Below, in pieces: positions 1 to 11,945 of a stretch of 64,000 bases of DNA (position 1 is its first letter; the number at the start of each line of letters is the position of its first letter). A program made the position numbers and the translations under genes. The notes below the pieces were generated by a model, which made no database searches, was not told the DNA's origin, and worked only from the letters and a program-made list of their open reading frames with translations. Source of the DNA: Azolla caroliniana (lineage: Eukaryota > Plantae > Polypodiophyta); contig JBHGNT010000017.1 in the NCBI GenBank assembly GCA_043228905.1, positions 9,672,001 to 9,736,000 on the forward strand, read 5' to 3'.

Positions 1-1240
1 GACCCCTTCCCTCATGTATGCATCGGTAGTATGGGCTCCAGGTCTACCATCTTTCATGTGGACGCAATTGGCGAGACCTTTGAAGATGATCTTATCACGT
101 CAACTCTGAAGCAAATCGATAGTACCAGATGACATTATTAGAGCAGAGTTCAGTCAGCCCCTGATGTTAGTAGAAGCACTTTTTCAAGTGGTAGTTTTTA
201 TTCATCGGATACATAGCCAACCACAAGATAAGATATCATGTCGAGCCTTTGAGGCATCCTGATCCCTACATGCGTCTAGAGACACTAGCTCTTGGTATAG
301 CACTGTGGTGAGTTGGTTACTTGCAAACGGCATAGACATTAATAACCTACCTCCCTTTAGGTACAACCATGGACTGATCAAACTCTAATATCTCATGAAG
401 ACCGTAATAAAGTGATACACCAAGAAATATGGCAAATTTACACTCGATATAAATGGATCGCCCCACGAGAGCCACTCCCATCTAAAATGTTGTACTACAA
501 GGAACATTTCTTGCACTTCTCTAAGTTAGGTTTTATTACACAACCAAGATATCTAGATACATTCTTATCAAATGCACTAAGGGTGGCCATTGGACAACTT
601 AGGATATCATCTCACCAACTTGAGATTGAGAATGGTCGGGCTAATAGAGTCCCTAGAGAGGAAAGGCTATGTAGGTTATGCCACAGAGATAGAGGATGAG
701 TATCACTTCACATGCAAGTGCCCAACTTATGCTGATATATGGGAGGAATACTAAGACATATTAGGACCCTCTCCCACCCTCTCCAAACTATTAGATACCC
801 CGGATGTAAAGAGACTAGGTAGGTATATCTTAGATCTAAAACAACATAGGGAGAATAAATTACAAAGTGTTAACCATAACCCTTTTACTATTCATCAACA
901 TGTAACTAGTGTAATTTTTCAAGAACAAGGGGAGACGATGAATGGGGATACACTTACGCCGCTCGGCCTCTCTCTTTAGGAAGCAGAAATGCAAAGAACA
1001 ACCAAACGCCCTCGGATGTTGGGCTTCAAAACAAGTCAACACGGAGTAGAAAAGATTAAGAAGATAAGGGAACGTGAGCTACGTCAACTAGAAGCTATGG
1101 TTGGGGTACCTTTTACATTGGGACTACGAGCCACATCCACATCGAAACCCTTTGACCTCGAAGACCTCCTGCTTCTCTTTGAGAGACTTGATGGAAATGC
1201 AATTAGGCCTAGTATAACATCATTTTCATTGTAGAACATG
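1..1240 (+). mobile_element. 3' part of a degenerate non-LTR retrotransposon (RTE-X/L2-like LINE ORF2 C-terminus)
   Basis: ORF 412-699 has LRVAIGQLRISSHQLEIENGR..PREERLCRLC, followed after a frameshift by EDEYHFTCKCP (C-terminal Cys/His motif). Homologous to the LINE at 49.4-54.1 kb. Stops and frameshifts present. Confidence 0.75.
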
Positions 1241-1299
1241 TTTTTTATATAGAACATGTTTGTTATTTTATTAGAACTTGTTGAGAATCAAGCTCAACT

Positions 1300-1970
1300 T
1301 GTTACGCGTGTGCGTGTAGAAAGAGGCGGAACCACGGGGGCCTTGAAGCGAGGAGCGAGAGAGAGAGAGAAGAGAAGACTTGCAGATACGCAAAGGGAGA
1401 AGGAAAGAGAAAGGAACGGCACACTTAATTACAGTAACAGTCGATTACAATATCCAAAGATTGCAAAATCTGACGATTACAACCGGCAAGGCGGCGATGG
1501 TCCCGACACGAGGATCCTACTCACGCACACAGACAGAACACACTCGACTCAAAGAAACAAAAAGGGGAGAGCCTCTGCTGGAAGCACACGGGTTGTCAAC
1601 GAAGCAGAGGCATCGAACTCCCGACACCCACAGAGACCGACGATCGGAGGAGAAGAGAGAGCTCGGCACTCCGTTCTGCAGCAGCACTTCATCCTCGCCA
1701 ACGCCCGATACCCTTTCTTCCTTCTCTCCCTCCTTAAATAGTTCAAAAAAAAAAAGGGACCGTTCTTCCCTAGTCAAATCGCTTTATTCCCTGTCCCTTT
1801 CGATAGAGATACGCATCAATCTTCTAATAAATATGTACTACCTAGTATTTACATCAACCGACCTAATTATGAATTATGTCCACAATATCAATTCTCGCGT
1901 CCACCTATGTGAGCGCCGAATCATGCGCCTTTTTCTCTGATTCCGCCTATGGCCGGTTTTCTTCACGACA
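1300..1970 (-). repeat. 3' LTR of Gypsy element (about 8 bp missing at its left end)
   Basis: Near-identical to 11271-11945 (roughly 20-25 substitutions counted by eye); ends CACGACA next to the PPT. Confidence 0.9.
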
Positions 1971-2075
1971 TCCACCCCCACCAAACCGCGCATCCACCGG
2001 CATGCGCCAGAGACGGGTAGATACCGAAGAAAACCGGCTTCACTCGTCACTCTCCGATTCTTCGCCGGGCCCGAA

Positions 2076-5037
2076 CTAATCGTCGTCGTCGCTCTCGCTC
2101 GCCAGCTCCGCCTCGTCTTCGAACTGCTTCTTGAACGCTTTGATCCGCTTCCCGGCCACCGGCACCGCTAACAGTGTCCCGACGAGTTCCACGAGGTGGT
2201 ACGTGCCGTTGTCATTCGCACTCGTCACCGTGTAGGGCCCGAACCATCTCCTCGCGAACTTTTGCACCGCCTTGTGCTGATTGTCGAGGCTATTGTCGTA
2301 TACCAAGACCCAGTCACCTTCCTCGACCATCCTTGGTCGCAACCAGTGCGAACGGTTGAACCGGGCCTTGTTCCGTTCCCTTGCCGCCCACAGCTTTTCC
2401 TTCGCCCATTTCATGTCCTCCGGCCTCCACTCGAGTTCCGAATCCGTGCTGCCAACAACTCCTCCCGCCTCATCTCGTCCTTCCAATCTACCGCCGCCCA
2501 CGAAGAAACCGTCCGTTCCACCGGCATGATCGGCTTCTGTCCATACATTAGCTCTGCCGGCATAAACCCTGTCACCGAACTGTGCGTAGTTCGGTCCGCC
2601 CATAGTGCGTAAGGAAGGAGCCGCGGCCAATTCCCGACCTGCCCTCCGCATGCACACACCAACGCCTTTACGATTGGCCCGTGCCACGTTCTACCTTCCC
2701 GTTCGCCTCCGGATTGTACGTTGTAGTAAGGGAGAGTTTGACCCCTAGCCAGTTGAACAACTCCTCAACTTCCTGCGCATCCAGCTCTCCCCGGTCCGCC
2801 ACGATCTTCCCGACGCACTCATATCGACACACTACCTCTTCGATCAGGAACCGGCATACCGCCGCGGTTGTCTTGTTCTGCAGTGCACGGCCTTCCACCT
2901 GGTTCGTTAAATCTTCTCGTGCAAGCACCAAGTATCGCACCTATCCTACTCCCATCGGCATCGTCACCAAGTCTACCATCCACTTGAAATGGACTGTAGG
3001 CGGGTAGGTCGGGTGTAGCTCATCCCGATGTCGGACTACGGGGTGCATTTGACAGCTTTCGCAAGTCGTTACGAACCGATGCACATCCCGGTACAGCCTC
3101 GACCACCAGTACTTCAGCTTCTCAAATGTGGCCCACGTTCCGCGGTGCCCGACCCAAGGACTCTCGTGAAATGTCGCCAGTAATTCCTCCCGTTCTTCTT
3201 TCTTTGCCACTACTCGGAGTGGGATACCGTTTCTTTTCTTTGGGTGCCTCCATATGCACCCGTCCCGTAGGAAGAATCGGTACGCCTTCTTCCGTACCCG
3301 GCTCGCCTCTTCTCTCGTCCACGTTGCATCCGGCGTCATCACCCGTAGGAACCTCCCGATTTCGAGCCACTCCCCGTCGTACCTACTATCGTCAAATTCG
3401 TTAAGCGTCGGACTGTCCCCTTTCCTCGTCGTCACATTAGCCAACCCGAAGAAGTCCTCGCTGACTTCTTCGTCATCCGAAAGCATGCCGTCTTCGTCGT
3501 TCAACCTTGCTCTCGAAAGCATGTCGACCATGGCGTTATCCTTTCCGGAGATGTGCCGTATCTCCGGGTTCAGGGACTTAACGTACGCTATCCACCGAAG
3601 CATTGCTAGGTCCCTGTCGGCCTTGACTGCCGAAACGATACCCTATAGTTCGCGCTTGACTTGGGCGTATCCTCGCTGCCGCTCGCTCAATACCTTCGCC
3701 CTGAACCGGATCGGGAACCGTGCACCATCCTCGTCCTCCTGGTTGATCACCCACCCAATCCCAATCGGGCTCGTGTCCACCGTCACGTAGATGGGGACCC
3801 CCTTACAGTAAACAGCTTTACGGAGAGCTTGCACTATCGTAAGCGCCTCCTTTAGTCTCCGAACCGACTCCGTGTGCGCCGTTCTCCACTCAAAGCTACA
3901 CCCCTTTTTCAATAGTCCGTAGAGGGGTTCCACGACATGCGCGTAGTGTGGGATCCAGATGTGGTAGAACGCGCATGCACCCAAGAATCTGCGGACCTCC
4001 GTAACTGACCCACAATCGTTCCTCATTGTGGAGATGGCCTCTACCTTTGCCGGAGACGGTTTCCTACCGTAAGGCCTGCACAGGTGTCTGACCACCAAGA
4101 TCTCCGACTGCTCGAACGCCGATTTTTCTCCGAAGAAGGTCTGTCGTGCGCTCTCGAGCTTCTGCAGCACCTTCTCACAGTCGTTGATGTGGTTCACAAC
4201 GAACCTCCGACATCCGTCTGGCCTGACAGTGTCATCCACATCTTCCACCGGACACCCCTTTATCGGGATGTCATCCAAGAATGGCATGGTGATGTCCGGG
4301 ATGCAGTCCCTCAACACCTTGTTCATTGCGTTCACCATATGCGCCACCGAATTCGTCCCGCCTTGTGGTAGGGTACACATCCGTACTAGGCTGAGAGGAG
4401 TTCGCATCGTCGTAATATCCCTACTCTCCACGGCTAGCTGGAACTGGTCGTACCCCGAGTATAAATCACTGACCGAATAGATCGACCTTCCAATGAAGGC
4501 CTCCACGAACTCGTCTATGGTCGGTTTGATTCCTACATTACGGATGGTCACCTTGTTGATCGGTTGCAGGTCCTGAATGAAGCGCAACGTGCCATTCTTC
4601 TTCGGCACCGTAAACCACCAATTCGAATACGGGGTACTCGACGGTTCGAGGATGCCCATCTCCACCTTTTGCTTTAGAAGCTCCATCAACTTCGGGATGT
4701 GAGCTCTCGGCACCAGAATTGGTTTGAGATTCCACGGTACATGCGGTACCATGAAGATCACCATTGGTTCGAAGATCGTCGGGTCCACGCACCCAATCTC
4801 CTCCGGCGAGAACGCGAAGGCTTTCCCATGCCTTCCAAGCATTCTCCGAAACATGTCCTCCTCTGCCGACAGTAGGAAGTCACCCCCACCGACCTTGAGC
4901 TCCCGTTGCGTTATGTCGGTGAACCGGTGCCCTATGCCAGCCAGATTTCGTACACTGGGGTCCGACGCGACCCCTTTTATCCGCTCCTCGCTGTCCTCCG
5001 GCAAGGGTGCCGCGACTGGCCTCACCTTCCGGTCCAC
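2076..5037 (-). pseudogene. Gypsy pol: reverse transcriptase, RNase H, integrase (broken by stops/frameshifts)
   Basis: ORFs 3643-5037 (RT-RH), 2941-3603 (RH end, integrase zinc finger), 2668-2940 and 2076-2687 (integrase core, WFGPY motif). Confidence 0.9.
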
Positions 5038-5051
5038 AGTCTTGTACTTTG

Positions 5052-8000
5052 TGTTGGCCGATCAGAAGAGCAAGGACAAGTGGGAAGGCGGAATCGGATC
5101 GGATAATAGGAAATAAATAATAGTAGAATTATTATTCGGAGGGACGGATCCGGTACAGTTGTACCGATCCGGATCCGGACCGATTCGGATGTCGGTTGCC
5201 TAAGCGCACCGATTGTAACCTTGCCGGATGCCTATAAAAGGATCCGATGATTTGTAAAGGGGACGAAAAGTAATACAATAGTAATTATTGCGTGTTTATC
5301 TGTATCTCGTATTGTTTACCGTCTGTGCTTAATTGTAATCATCTTACGCGTGTAACCTAGCATCCAATCCTTACCACCCCTTTGGAGAAGTGTCGGATAG
5401 ACACCTGTGTTGAGGCTAGTCCGGCCAGACAGACAACACTATTTTGGCGACCACGATGGGATCGCCGACGCTCCACCACACACAGAACCAGAGCAGGCGG
5501 CAGCATCGATCGATATATCAGAAGTCACGGAAGGAGCGGTGCAGGCGCTCACGGGGATAAAAGCAGGAGAACTTCAAACAATCGAAAACCCTTCAAGTGA
5601 AATCCTGTTCGAATATTTCGGGGAGTACTCTATCAGCAGCAAGGCGTATCGAACGCAGGGCGGAGAGAACCTGCTGTTTGGAGAAGTGGCCCGCGCCATG
5701 ATGGAATACGGATTCGTGAATCCCCGTCCCCCAGCCATAGCCAAGTACCGGGCAGCGTTCTTAATAGCAGCGTACGAAGGCTTACAAATAGACTGGCTCC
5801 ATTTCATAACCGAAGGATTGAAGGAGGCCATCAAAAATCTTGTGGAAGGAAAAAAGCCATGGGCCGGGATAGCACAATGGCTAACGGTGTTAGTCCCACT
5901 GGTGCTCCCCATCACACAAAAGAAAAGAGGTCGGCAGGAGACGACGCCGAAAAAGGTCACAAAGCGCCGACAGATTTTGGAGAAACACACCCCCGGATGG
6001 ACCCAGCAAGAAGCAGAACAGCAGGGGGAAGGACCATCCCGACAGCAACAGGAACCGGCAACAAAGGCAAAATCGGCAGGTAAAGGCAAAGGGAAATCGG
6101 CCGAGGAGGAACCGGTAGCGCGCAAACCAATCCATATAACGCTGCGACGGCCGGAACCGGAACCAGAGGTCTTTATACAAAAGGTCCGTCTGGTAACCGC
6201 ACCGGAGGAGGAAGCTGAAACAGAAGACTCATCCGAACCCCTGGTAAGACTCCCAGCAAGACAAGGTCGGGAGAAACGGGCGAAAGGACCGGCTCCACCA
6301 GTGGACAGAACTCAGCAGAGGGCGCAAGGACCATCTCCAGTAGCCGAGGCGGAAACAGCACCGGAACCCGTACCCAGGGAAGCAGCACCGACACCGGTTG
6401 GGCCGGACTTCAGAGAACCGGTCATCCTAGAGAAGAAGAAGGAACAAGCGTCGGAGCCAGAGCCAGAGAAGAGGCCGGAAAAACAGCCTGAGTTAAGTGA
6501 GCAAGGCCACCCCGACACCGGAAGAACAAAGCCACAATGGCTGAGATGGCTTTCGGAGCAGTTATCGGGAGTAGCGGACCAGTTAGAAAAAGAAGAAACG
6601 TGTAGGCAACAGCTGACGCATACAACAACTCAGGAGTTGGTCGTGCTCCGAACACAGATCGAGGAAATGCAAGAGGAGCTGTTGCAGGCAAGGGAAGGAA
6701 TTCAACAAGCAAAAGTTGTCACCGAGCCGGTCGGGACAACAAGGAAGCAACCAGAACCGGTAGCCTTGCAAACCGGCCCTGAGACCGAAAAAATAATAAA
6801 AACCTTACGAGAGGAGTTAAAAGCTCAGGAGGCATTAAGGGAAAGAGAAAGGGAGCAGCGGAAAGCGGTGGAGGACGACAGAAGAAAAATGGAAGAAGGC
6901 CTCCGGAAAGGTCGGGCCGCTAATGACCGACTGCAAGAAGAAAAAGAGAAGCTGCAAAAGGAGAAGGACCGACTACGTCGACATGCCGAGCAAGAGATAG
7001 AACGACTGCAGGAAGAACTCCGACAACAGAAGGACCGGGACGATCGGTTAAGAGCTCAGGCAAACCGACGCCTGAAGCAGAAGACGGAGGACTTCGACCG
7101 TCTCTACCGAGATCACAAGCAGGCCGAGTCGGACAACAAAAAACGGGCAGCAGACTACGACCGGCAAATAGAGAAGCTGAAAGAACAGCTCAAAGAGACC
7201 CGATTAGACCTGGCTAAGGCGATGGATGAGGTCAGTGCCAACAAGGAAGCATTGTCGGCGGAAATAGCCCAAGCAACGGAGAGAAGGAAGGAATTAGAGG
7301 CGCTAAGGCGGGAAAAGCTGGACCTGACCAAGATCAGGAATGAAGAAAAGGAAAAATCGACCTTCACGATCAGCAAACTGCAAAGTACCTATGAAAAGCA
7401 GAAAGCGGATTACGAGGCCCAGGCTCAGATAATGGCCGACATTATAAAACGGGCAAGGAAGGAAAAGCAGGAAGCTTATGCGCATGCTAAGGCAGGGGTT
7501 GACCGGATCAAGCTCATCATGTCAGGATAGAGTACCCGAGCTCAGGCAAGCATCAACGAAAGTACGGAAAAGCTATGGAAGGAGTGGTCACAACAGGCAG
7601 CCGAGCTGCAGACACTCCGAGCGGATGCCGAGAATCGGAGGAAGACCGGTGACAAGTTCTACAAGATGGATGAGGAAAGTATCGTCGCCATTCGGGAAGA
7701 ATTGTCGGAAGATTTCTACACTTTAGCGGAAGAACATCTCAAAGAAATCTGAGGGTTGGATGACGGGCAGCTCGCAACTCAGTTGGAGTTGGAGAGATAC
7801 GAGCAGGACCGGTTACGACAGGAAGCTAAGGGAAGAACGACGCCAACCACTATTGGTGAGGGAACGCGACCGGCTGAAGATGAACCAACCGACACCGAAC
7901 AACCCCGACGAGGAATACCCGAAGACGAACTTGAAGAAGAGCAGGAGCAGACCGATGCCGGAGAAGAAGAAGAGCTGAGACCGGAAGACACCAGAGCAGA

Positions 8001-8714
8001 GGAAGGAGGCATATCGAGTCGACTAGTCGAGACCGGAGAAAGCGACACCGGTAACAGAACAGAGCCAGGAACGGAGGGAGAACAGGAAGAACCCGGACGA
8101 AGCGGTGAGGAAGCACCAACACCACAGAATCAAGCAGAGCCGGAGCAGCAAATTTTTACGGAACAACCCACCCAACCGGAGGTCGGAGACCAGGCAGGCA
8201 AGGAACAGGAACAGGAGGAAGGAGCACCACTTGACACCATCGAGCAGAGTGTGCTCGATATTTTGGAGGAAGACTGAGGCCGGGAGTGGATTCGAAGTGC
8301 AAGGCACTTTCCCACGAGCGTGCCATGTGTTGGCCGATCAGAAGAGCAAGGACGAGTGGGAAGGCGGAATCGGATCGGATAATAGGAAGTAAATAATAGT
8401 AGAATTATTATTCGGAGGGACGGATCCGGTACAGTTGTACCGATCCGGATCCGGACTGATTCGGATGTCGGTTGCCTAAGCGCACCGATTGTAACCTTGT
8501 CGGATGCCTATAAAAGGATCCGATGATTTGTAAAGGGGACGAAAAGTAATACAATAGTAATTATTGCGTGTTTATCTGTATCTCGTATTGTTTACCGTCT
8601 GTGCTTAATTGTAATCATCTTACGCGTGTAACCTAGCATCCAATCCTTACCACCCCTTTGGAGAAGTGTCGGATAGACACCTGTGTTGAGGCTAGTCCGG
8701 CCAGACAGACAACA
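5052..8714 (+). mobile_element. Non-autonomous LTR retroelement nested in the Gypsy pol region
   Basis: 387-bp TG..CA LTRs 5052-5438 and 8328-8714 (about 4 transitions apart). Perfect 5-bp TSD CTTTG (5047-5051 / 8715-8719). PBS TGGCGACCAC at 5445 (tRNA-Arg-like). No gag, PR, RT or INT motifs seen inside. Confidence 0.93.
5407..8277 (+). pseudogene. Long charged coiled-coil 'extra ORF' of the nested LTR element, one frame with two in-frame stops
   Basis: ORF 5407-7530 and ORF 7756-8277 are in the same frame, separated only by TAG 7528-7530 and TGA 7750-7752. It has a globular N-terminal segment (..AYEGLQIDWLHFITEGL..), a P/E-rich linker, an E/K/R/Q heptad region and an acidic tail. The true start codon is unclear. 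Confidence 0.7.
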
Positions 8715-9013
8715 CTTTGTATCCACGCGGGCCGTCCGATCCGACCCAATCCTTTCCTCGAAGTCCACGATGACTTCGTACATTCCCATCGAACTAACCG
8801 GAATGGTCCGGTCTTCTCTAAGGTCTTCACCGATCACCTTTCGCAACTCGCCCAAGGTGTCGTCAAAGGAGACCGCCTCCACGGCGCCGCTGATCTCTTC
8901 GTCGGGGGAGAGGACTCTGCATCCCCTGAGCCGCTCCTCCGCTCGCTTCCTTTCCCGGCCACTGACGCCGACTATAGTACAACCTCCGTTTTCGGAGAAC
9001 CAAAACTTCCTAC

Positions 9014-11218
9014 CTATTGTACATGTGTGGGGTTCTTCCGGTACATCCGGACTAGCGCGGCCCCACACCTTGATAGCCCTCTATAATAATACCCTCGGTT
9101 GTCGCCGCCGAGGGTCTCGCGATTCCTCTCATGGTTCGGACGTACGGTCATGAATTGGATGGAATGTCGACCGTCCTGGCTCTTGACGCGCAAGTACGCC
9201 GAACCGTTGTCCAGCACCTTCGTCTCCATGCATGTTGCCGTAATGTATGGTTCGCCGAGAATCACCGGGTGCGAGGATGTTTCCTGCACGAAGAAATGTT
9301 GATTTATCTTGACGTCACCGACCTTTACGCGTATATTCGGGCACGCACCATGCAGCTCCTCCGTAGCACACGTCGCCGCGCGTATCTTCCACCCATGCTT
9401 GGTGTTGATCGGCCATTTACCCCTCTTGTAGAAATCCATGGACATCAGGTTGATTTCGGATCCATGGTCTACCAAGGCCACCACCCGTTCCGGAACGTCG
9501 TCGATCCGCACAGGGGTTTCCGTAGTTGCCCTGGCCCAATGCGACTTCGCATAGTGGGTTTCCGCCAACTCGTCTTCTAGGGCCGCGTCTTCTAAGTGCG
9601 TAGTCTGCACCTCCACCGGCTTCTCTGGTTCTGGCTCCGTCGAGAGCCTCTTCCGCTTTACCATGTCTACGATGGAGTCGTGGAACTCCCTCTTGGCGAT
9701 TCCCAGCACCTCCCACAACGACAGCTCCACTTTACTGTCGAGGATCCGCTCTTCAAGGACCTTCTGTAGGTCCGTTGCTCTCTCGATTTCGGTGCTCAAC
9801 CGAAACCCCGCCTGCTTCTTTCCATCCGGCGCGCTTGGGTTGCTGGCACCGGTCGGTTTCAGTCCGAACTGGGTCTCATCCCTCTGCGGGGGACTGACCC
9901 CCCCGGCCTTTCTTGCCCGTTTGTCTTCCACCAGAACCTCCTAGTTCTGGCAAGCGGCTTCTACGAAGCCCGTTTTCTCTTCGACCTGATCGTCCCATCC
10001 GGTGACCTCCTGGACCCGCTATTCCGCGCGGTCCGCCTCTTCCTTCTTCAACCGAACTCCGGAGAGGCCTTCTAGGACTAGCGGCCAGAATCCGGAGTCC
10101 TTCACCTTCCGGGTCTCATCACCCCCGACCCGAATTCCCGCTGACACTGAGTAGTTAACGACTTCTATGTGTCGTGCCGCGGCCTCTTCCATCAACCTCT
10201 TCATTCCGTCGCACCCCGTATTTAGTTCTAGGGCTCTCCGGGTCTCGCTCGCGTGCACCCGCCCGTTCCAGAGGTACACCACGTTGGTCCTGAGCGCGTC
10301 GGCGAAATCCGCGCAATCCTTCCGAATGTGACCAATTGCGTCACACCACATGCACCGCTGCCCAGCCGGCGGCCTCCGGTCGCGAGGTTATTCGCCGTTG
10401 TCTCTCCGTGCATGTGTGATCTGCAAGTCGCGCACCATCTGTGTCAGCTCCTCTAGAGCCGCTCCTCCAGATGGGCCTCTGACCATGTCGTTCGATGTCG
10501 GCCCCGACTCCAGCCAAATTCGGGTCTCTTCCTTCCTACAGGCTGGCACCGACACTGGCTCCTCGAGCCTCCTCGCCGGGACCGGCCCTGACCCCGACGA
10601 GCTTTCGTCGCTCCAATCGCGCTGCTTGTCGGAACGGCTGCAGACCCGTTTTACCACGGCCCAATCTAGCGTGAGCCCTTCGTCCGTTTCCAATAGGGGA
10701 CCCACCTTTTCCCTATCAAGTGCCTCCACCGACTTAACAAACAATAGTACTCAACTCGTTTTGAGCACGGTCCGGTCTAGCGTCGACAGTCGCGCGAACC
10801 GTTTTTCGAACTCTTGGAGGAGCGCCAACGTGTTCCTCCCCTTTCCGGGGCTTTCCACCCACGCCATGAAGTCCCGCCTCGACAGCCGAAGCGAGTCGTC
10901 AAACCCGTACTTCTCGAGGAGTTGCAACTCGAACTCCTCCCAAGTCTGGCATATGGCCAACACCTCGAGCACCTCCGCGTGGATGCCCGACGTCACCACC
11001 CGAGGGAATCCGAACAACCGCCTGTCCACCGGGATATCCCTCATGATCATTTCAGCCCGGTAAACCTCCAAATAACTTGTGGCGTCTTTCCCTCCGAACC
11101 GGCCTATAGTGCCGACGATCGATTCAATGGCTCTGTCGAGGGTACCCGTCCCCTCACGAGCGCTTACCAGCCAGTCGATGGCTACCACCATTGCCTCTGC
11201 TAGCTCCGATCCCCTCAT
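9014..11218 (-). pseudogene. Gypsy gag and aspartic protease
   Basis: Gag (IGRFGGKDATSYLEVY), CCHC knuckle, protease DHGSEIN..VILGEPY; interrupted by stops. Confidence 0.85.
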
Positions 11219-11239
11219 CTTTCAACTCCTTTGCCACCT

Positions 11240-11258
11240 ATTCACGTCGGGTTCACCA
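11240..11258 (-). promoter_or_regulatory. Primer-binding site complementary to the tRNA-Trp 3' end
   Basis: + strand ATTCACGTCGGGTTCACCA matches the recalled 3' end of plant cytosolic tRNA-Trp(CCA); it lies 4 nt from the LTR edge. Confidence 0.8.
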
Positions 11259-11262
11259 AAGA

Positions 11263-11945
11263 TGTCGCGTTGTTACGCGCGTGCGTGTAGAAAGAGTCGG
11301 GACCACGGGGGCCTTGAATCGAGGAGCGAGAGAGAAAGAGAAGAGAAGAGAAGACTTGCAGATACGCAAAGGGAGAAGGAAAGAGAAAGGAACGACACAC
11401 TTAATTACAGTAACAGTCGATTACAATATCCAAAGATTGCAAACTCTGACGATTACAACCGGTAAGGCGGCGATGGTCCCGACACGAGGATCCTACTCAC
11501 GCACACAGACAGAACACACTCGACTCAAAGAAACAAAAAGGGGAGAGCCTCTGCTGGAAGCACACGGGCTGTCAACGAAGCAGAGGCAGCGAACTCCCGA
11601 CACCCATAGAGACCGACGATCGGAGGAGAAGAGAGAGCTCGGCACTCCGTTCTGCAGCAGCACTTCGTCCTCGCCAACGCCCGATCCCCTTTCTTCCTTC
11701 TCTCCCTCCTTAAATAGTTCGCAAAAAAAAGGGACCGTTCTTCCCTAGTCAAATCGCTTTATTCCATGTCCCTTTCGACAGAGATACGCATCAATCTTCT
11801 AATAAATATGTACTACCTAGTATTTACATTAGCCGACCTAATTATGAATTATGTCCACAATATCAATTCTCGCATCCACCTATGTGAGCGCCGGTTCATG
11901 TGCCTTTTTCTCCGATTCCGCCTATGGCCGGTTTTCTTCACAACA
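11263..11945 (-). repeat. 5' LTR of Gypsy element
   Basis: TGTCG...CAACA ends; adjacent to the PBS; matches 1300-1970. Confidence 0.9.

Larger units (their letters stand above)
1300..11945 (-). mobile_element. Ty3/Gypsy LTR retrotransposon (degenerate gag-PR-RT-RH-INT), interrupted by a nested LTR element
   Basis: Direct LTRs 1300-1970 and 11263-11945. PBS 11240-11258; PPT immediately inside 1971 (GGTGGGGGTGGA on -). Gag 11218-10751, zinc knuckle CMWCDAIGHIRKDC ~10350, protease ALVDHGSEINLM ~9470, RT DLYSGYDQF/LPQGGTNS/FLDDIPIKG, RNase H VTVDTSPIGIGW, integrase HESPWVGH..CESC, DLVTMP, DRGE, YNPEANGKVER. The RT-RH-INT order is Gypsy. Confidence 0.95.

Noticed and set aside
1256-1940. 161-aa and 186-aa ORFs, repeated at 11079-11748
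   Set aside because: They lie inside the Gypsy LTRs, have no domain motifs, and frames differ between copies.
5407-7530. 707-aa ORF as a host myosin/SMC-like gene
   Set aside because: It is intronless, enclosed by LTRs with a TSD and has no ATPase motifs; the resemblance is compositional coiled coil only.
11240-11258. tRNA-Trp gene
   Set aside because: Only the 3' 19 nt including CCA are present, next to an LTR, so it is a PBS.
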